A stretch of 58,858 bases of DNA, from positions 1 through 58,858 of IMG/VR virus record IMGVR_UViG_3300025626_000030. One strand, 5' to 3'. The notes under the pieces were generated by a model, which worked only from the letters and a program-made list of their open reading frames with translations, ran no database searches and was not told the DNA's origin. The position numbers and the translations under genes were made by a program. Origin of the DNA: a virus. Lineage: Duplodnaviria; Caudoviricetes. This document shows positions 56,101 through 58,858 of this stretch, piece after piece (position 1 is the first letter of the stretch; each line of letters begins with the position of its first letter).

Positions 56101-58858
56101 ATTAACCCTGATTTTGACGTTAAGTTTTACGCCCAACAGAATGGTATTACAGAAGAAGAAGCCTACAAAGACTACTTAACCAACGGGTTGTACACCAACG
56201 CCCCCGCCAATCAGACGGCACTTACCGCACAAAACACTGCAACAGTAAACAACGTGCTCAACGATTTAGCCGCATCCACGGGGTTAGACTTGACTAAGCT
56301 AGCGCCCGAACAAATGAAAGCGGTTGTACAAAGGTTAACACAGGTTGCTCAGGGGGATGGAGTAGACCTTAAAGACTTAAATGTTGCTGCTGTAGCTCAA
56401 AATGCGCTAAGTGTAATTAATAATCCAGAGGGGACTGGGGACGAGTTCTTCAGTATGACCACCGATGCCAATGGGAATGTAACTTCTTTCGAGTACGGTA
56501 GTTCATCTGCGGGGTTTAATAGAGCCGAAGGAGTTACTAATCAAGACGTTCTTAGTGGCGCTGCTAGAGCGCAAGTTAACCCTGAAACAGGACAGTATGA
56601 ATGGACTAAAGTTCCACCTCAGACTTATGTTGCTGAAGGGCAACTATACCAGTACGACGCAGAGACTGGACAACCTTACACGACAAACGCAAAGGGGGAG
56701 CGTGAAGACGTAGACTTTATAGTTTTAGCAGGGGGTAACATTGACCCGTTTACTCCTGATGTATCCCCTACGTTACAAGATTTGTCGGACAAAAACTCCC
56801 CCGCGTATAACCCTGAAGTGTTTACAGAGGAGTTAAATAACAGCGCCACCGTTGATGACGGGGGTAATGTGGTAGCGGATGAAAGTTGGGCTGACTGGCT
56901 ATTGGGGGCGTTCCAAGATGGGGCTACCTACATAGCGAAAGCTGAAGAGGAAATAGATGACGCGGGTGGACGTTCAGACTGGATGCCGGGTTCAGACCGG
57001 GAATCTTGGACTAACCCTCAAAATAGGTTTTCTATATTGACCCAAGGAATATCGCAATTTGCGGGGTTTATAGGGGGGATGGCCGACCTTGTTTCTCAAG
57101 AGTACGGAGGCGAAATAACTCAGTTTGCAAAAGACTTAGAAACCCTAGGGTTAGGTTCGGCTACTGAGGAATACCAAGCTGCTAAAGTAAGAGTAGACGA
57201 GTTTGCGGCAAATTTACCCCAAGCGACAGACGACCCTGACACCCCTATAGAATACTACGAAGAAGATGTGTACTCGTATGCTCCTCCGGGTATGGGGGGA
57301 ACTACTCTCATGCACCGAAAAGGAGATTATAAAGGCGGGGATGAGAGCAGGGGGTATGATGCTTTTTTACATGGAATGGGGAACGTATTAGAAACAGCGA
57401 AATTTGACCCTAATATGTTTTTTGCCCAGAACATACTCGTGGAACTGCCCTCCGAAACCGCTACGGTAATGGTGGGTATGAAACTTAAACTTGGAGCGGA
57501 AGTAATGCTGAGGGGGCTTAGTTCTGTAAGAGGGCTAGGTTTGGCGGATGACGTAATAAAATCCGCGAGTACAAAATTTGGTTTGGGTGGAGCAGCCGCA
57601 ACGGACGTTGCGGAAAGTACAGGCGCTAATTTTGCAGGTGCCTACGAGCAGGCTTACGCTACCCAAGAAAAAATGTTAGGGATAGAGGCCGATAGACTAG
57701 AATTAACAGGGCAGGATAAGCAAGATTATATAGACTCATTTACTGAGGACACTGTTAACTACTCACTAAGCGTAGCTACAGACGCTGCCTACGTGGCGGC
57801 TATGGCTACCACTGCTGTATTGTTTTCTGGCGGTATGGCACTGGACAAATTATTTATTGACGGCAAAGTTCCTGACGAGATGCTACCCCTGTGGAAACAA
57901 ACCGTTGGGTACGTAAATAGTAGAAAAAATGCTGTCGTAGGAGAAGGTGGTTCCGAGGGCTTAGAAGAACTTATTGTATCTGATTTTGTTAATGGGCAAT
58001 TGCACTTAATAGACCCTTCCATAAACGTGGCCCAAGAAAACGGAATTGCTACCGCAACGGGTATTGTAGTTGGGGCGGGTACGACGGCTACCATACTGGG
58101 GGTCACTGATATACAAACCCTAAGCAGTCGCCTGATACTTATGCAAAACCCCGAGGCGCTAGAAACTTTAGAGAATAGCGATAACTACAGTAGGGAAGAA
58201 CTAGAATCTCAACTAAACACATTCTTAGGTGATCCTCAAGTTGCTACTGACGCGGTAAACTTCTTGTACGACGAAGTTTACACAAGCACTGCCGAAGCCA
58301 CCGATGCGCTAGAAGCTTTAGGTATACCCTACACGCCGGAAGATGTTACCAATAACACAGGCGAAACAGCAGATGACGACCTAGACGATCAGCTCGCGGC
58401 GTACTGGGCAGCAACCCAAGGAACAGATACCGATACTGACGGCGATGGCATACCCAATGTGCAGGATAACGCACCTAATGACCCAAACATTAGTGGTATA
58501 GACATTGATCCTGACACGCAAGACACATCTTACGTAGATGCTGATGGGCGTATTGTTGTAACTAGCCCCGATGGAGTAGTTAGTATTTTTAACTCCGATG
58601 GCACCCCTGTAACACCTGATTTTACCACTATGCCTATAATTGGTGACGAAGATGTAGATAAAGATCCCGATGTAGACGTAGATGATACTATTGACGAAGA
58701 TCCCGATGTAGACGTAGATGATACTATTGACGAAGATTCCGATGTAGACGTAGATGATACTATTGACGAAGATCCCGATGTAGACGTAGATGATACTATT
58801 GACGAAGATTCCGATGTAGACGTAGATGGTACTATTGACGAAGATTCCGATGTAGACG
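53188..58858 (+). CDS. Giant acidic protein, at least about 1890 aa, 3'-truncated by the window edge (absent from the ORF track because it has no stop)
   Basis: ATG at 53188 after AGAGGT. Frame 1 reads MSGYNRTSGQSYNYSQDG..., and no stop was found in the parts translated by hand. No plus-strand ORF is listed for this 5.7 kb, consistent with one unterminated frame. Confidence 0.85.
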   Translation, partial: MSGYNRTSGQSYNYSQDGTFTDQYGNVIGTTGNSLDRAYYYWQSRAGSGAFTQVGEGLDRPEYGDRWKGHSEYNPAYSYYKAMGVPIRDFYYASDSHSEAEIESYAQLIEEFEAGPVSVVGSPEYTRAQEWFREAVPTLISNTNVARDNLVDYFGMEKELTKIGYSEEEIGKALNKSRMSPYSGMAFSTGAESAGFADAYTKLFNEAKIYGGITEDFQKAYDIKAPEYHDKNFARLVSLSMTDPQAYQREYAKMNLRDKNVYMFKAYDKGLFEDSAERTRLEEAGVAPEEINKRIELGSMNKYKEVIVSNLHESGNYDDVYKRPATGDAELLGFDVAGGDPESEWVVKMKGNAFQDAGGTSGGQYGYRRIKFFPEETLRASGVYGPESKYNNYLQSESSLEEKLARQSVGKMETIGGLGEYVDVSPEDEGALEGVVNFADLALSLFVPTYNLIKIGVNAAQGETLHLADYISAGVSALKVFDVIAAPMGVEEAAEVGATASANVLEAGGTAAEAARASERAIALASAGKGLTLPGMSEPLTYAQTVGLANSITEGNPAAFILGTFGGDMLDAAFAKYGVDPANLPAGVKEGIVKAISKVGQGEDWDEALSSGAYAWFKSSDLGDGFLGELQQVGRDIDSTYLQPLKDSLPDLGGVVGDWPVWGEISESTGQLIDGFQDIIGGMNDLVPGITDFAQEIANSVLEVIPTESIEEALSKIGQMTGGAFNELPAAAQDALEEGLQSAIIDGEVDSLAMAEAVSAAVITTDAINEAFPERLTDVVSARIITSAVRNSITAAMSGGDVSDAFVLSIAQGAANAAKKSFREGTWKDDLKGLVDRVEGDYTDTNNLRADVDKGATDYATKAKEYNDLVTDMNSEEAEVLRLSEKAASTGAQADEAAFNAARDAFQTKVVDTYAPQLSTIVQDIDSIKVKRDEDVSKYTASLDNLDTATVLLNDNLTPVYADIDKLAVEGINPDFDVKFYAQQNGITEEEAYKDYLTNGLYTNAPANQTALTAQNTATVNNVLNDLAASTGLDLTKLAPEQMKAVVQRLTQVAQGDGVDLKDLNVAAVAQNALSVINNPEGTGDEFFSMTTDANGNVTSFEYGSSSAGFNRAEGVTNQDVLSGAARAQVNPETGQYEWTKVPPQTYVAEGQLYQYDAETGQPYTTNAKGEREDVDFIVLAGGNIDPFTPDVSPTLQDLSDKNSPAYNPEVFTEELNNSATVDDGGNVVADESWADWLLGAFQDGATYIAKAEEEIDDAGGRSDWMPGSDRESWTNPQNRFSILTQGISQFAGFIGGMADLVSQEYGGEITQFAKDLETLGLGSATEEYQAAKVRVDEFAANLPQATDDPDTPIEYYEEDVYSYAPPGMGGTTLMHRKGDYKGGDESRGYDAFLHGMGNVLETAKFDPNMFFAQNILVELPSETATVMVGMKLKLGAEVMLRGLSSVRGLGLADDVIKSASTKFGLGGAAATDVAESTGANFAGAYEQAYATQEKMLGIEADRLELTGQDKQDYIDSFTEDTVNYSLSVATDAAYVAAMATTAVLFSGGMALDKLFIDGKVPDEMLPLWKQTVGYVNSRKNAVVGEGGSEGLEELIVSDFVNGQLHLIDPSINVAQENGIATATGIVVGAGTTATILGVTDIQTLSSRLILMQNPEALETLENSDNYSREELESQLNTFLGDPQVATDAVNFLYDEVYTSTAEATDALEALGIPYTPEDVTNNTGETADDDLDDQLAAYWAATQGTDTDTDGDGIPNVQDNAPNDPNISGIDIDPDTQDTSYVDADGRIVVTSPDGVVSIFNSDGTPVTPDFTTMPIIGDEDVDKDPDVDVDDTIDEDPDVDVDDTIDEDSDVDVDDTIDEDPDVDVDDTIDEDSDVDVDGTIDEDSDVD
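58663..58858 (+). repeat. 36-bp coding tandem repeat, at least 5.4 copies
   Basis: GAT(C/T)CCGATGTAGACGTAGATG(A/G)TACTATTGACGAA encodes D(P/S)DVDVD(D/G)TIDE; runs off the window end. Confidence 0.95.

Noticed and set aside
58663-58858. 36-bp repeats resembling CRISPR repeat length
   Set aside because: The units are head-to-tail with no spacers and are in-frame coding.
53188-58858. Apparent 5.7-kb gene desert or alternative genetic code in the ORF track
   Set aside because: Explained by one unterminated frame-1 ORF. Other genes end normally at TAA, TAG and TGA, so there is no sign of stop-codon reassignment.

Overview
The window is a near-complete genome of a tailed dsDNA phage with podovirus-like architecture, resembling uncultured aquatic/marine phages (P22-like portal, GroES in the head module, MAISRAQLLKEL-type capsid protein). 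It appears circularly permuted. A giant acidic ORF starts at 53188 and runs off the right edge inside a 36-bp tandem repeat. An open frame enters at base 1 and ends at 885, probably the C-terminus of the same gene. The plus-strand late arm (31.9 kb to end, continuing at 1-10.9 kb) encodes terminase, portal, GroES, scaffold, capsid, a cluster of small basic proteins, adaptors, tail fibre, lysis genes, nozzle and large ejection/polyvalent proteins. The minus-strand arm (11-31 kb) encodes a DUF927 primase-helicase, SSB, SNF2 helicase, exonuclease, PolA, VRR-NUC, and an early region with an AAA ATPase, a vWA-metallopeptidase and a DUF3150-like protein. A repeat-rich, mostly non-coding control region lies at 29.55-31.2 kb. 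I saw no integrase, RNA polymerase, tRNA or CRISPR array. The most notable unexplained signals are: six copies of an 18-bp palindrome at early gene junctions; a [MFY]xxGGx[VILA] motif shared by ejection proteins and small basic proteins; three candidate structured RNA leaders; an iteron/IHF origin-like array; and the giant Ca-binding-motif protein with a tandem repeat. All family assignments come from motif recognition, not database searches.
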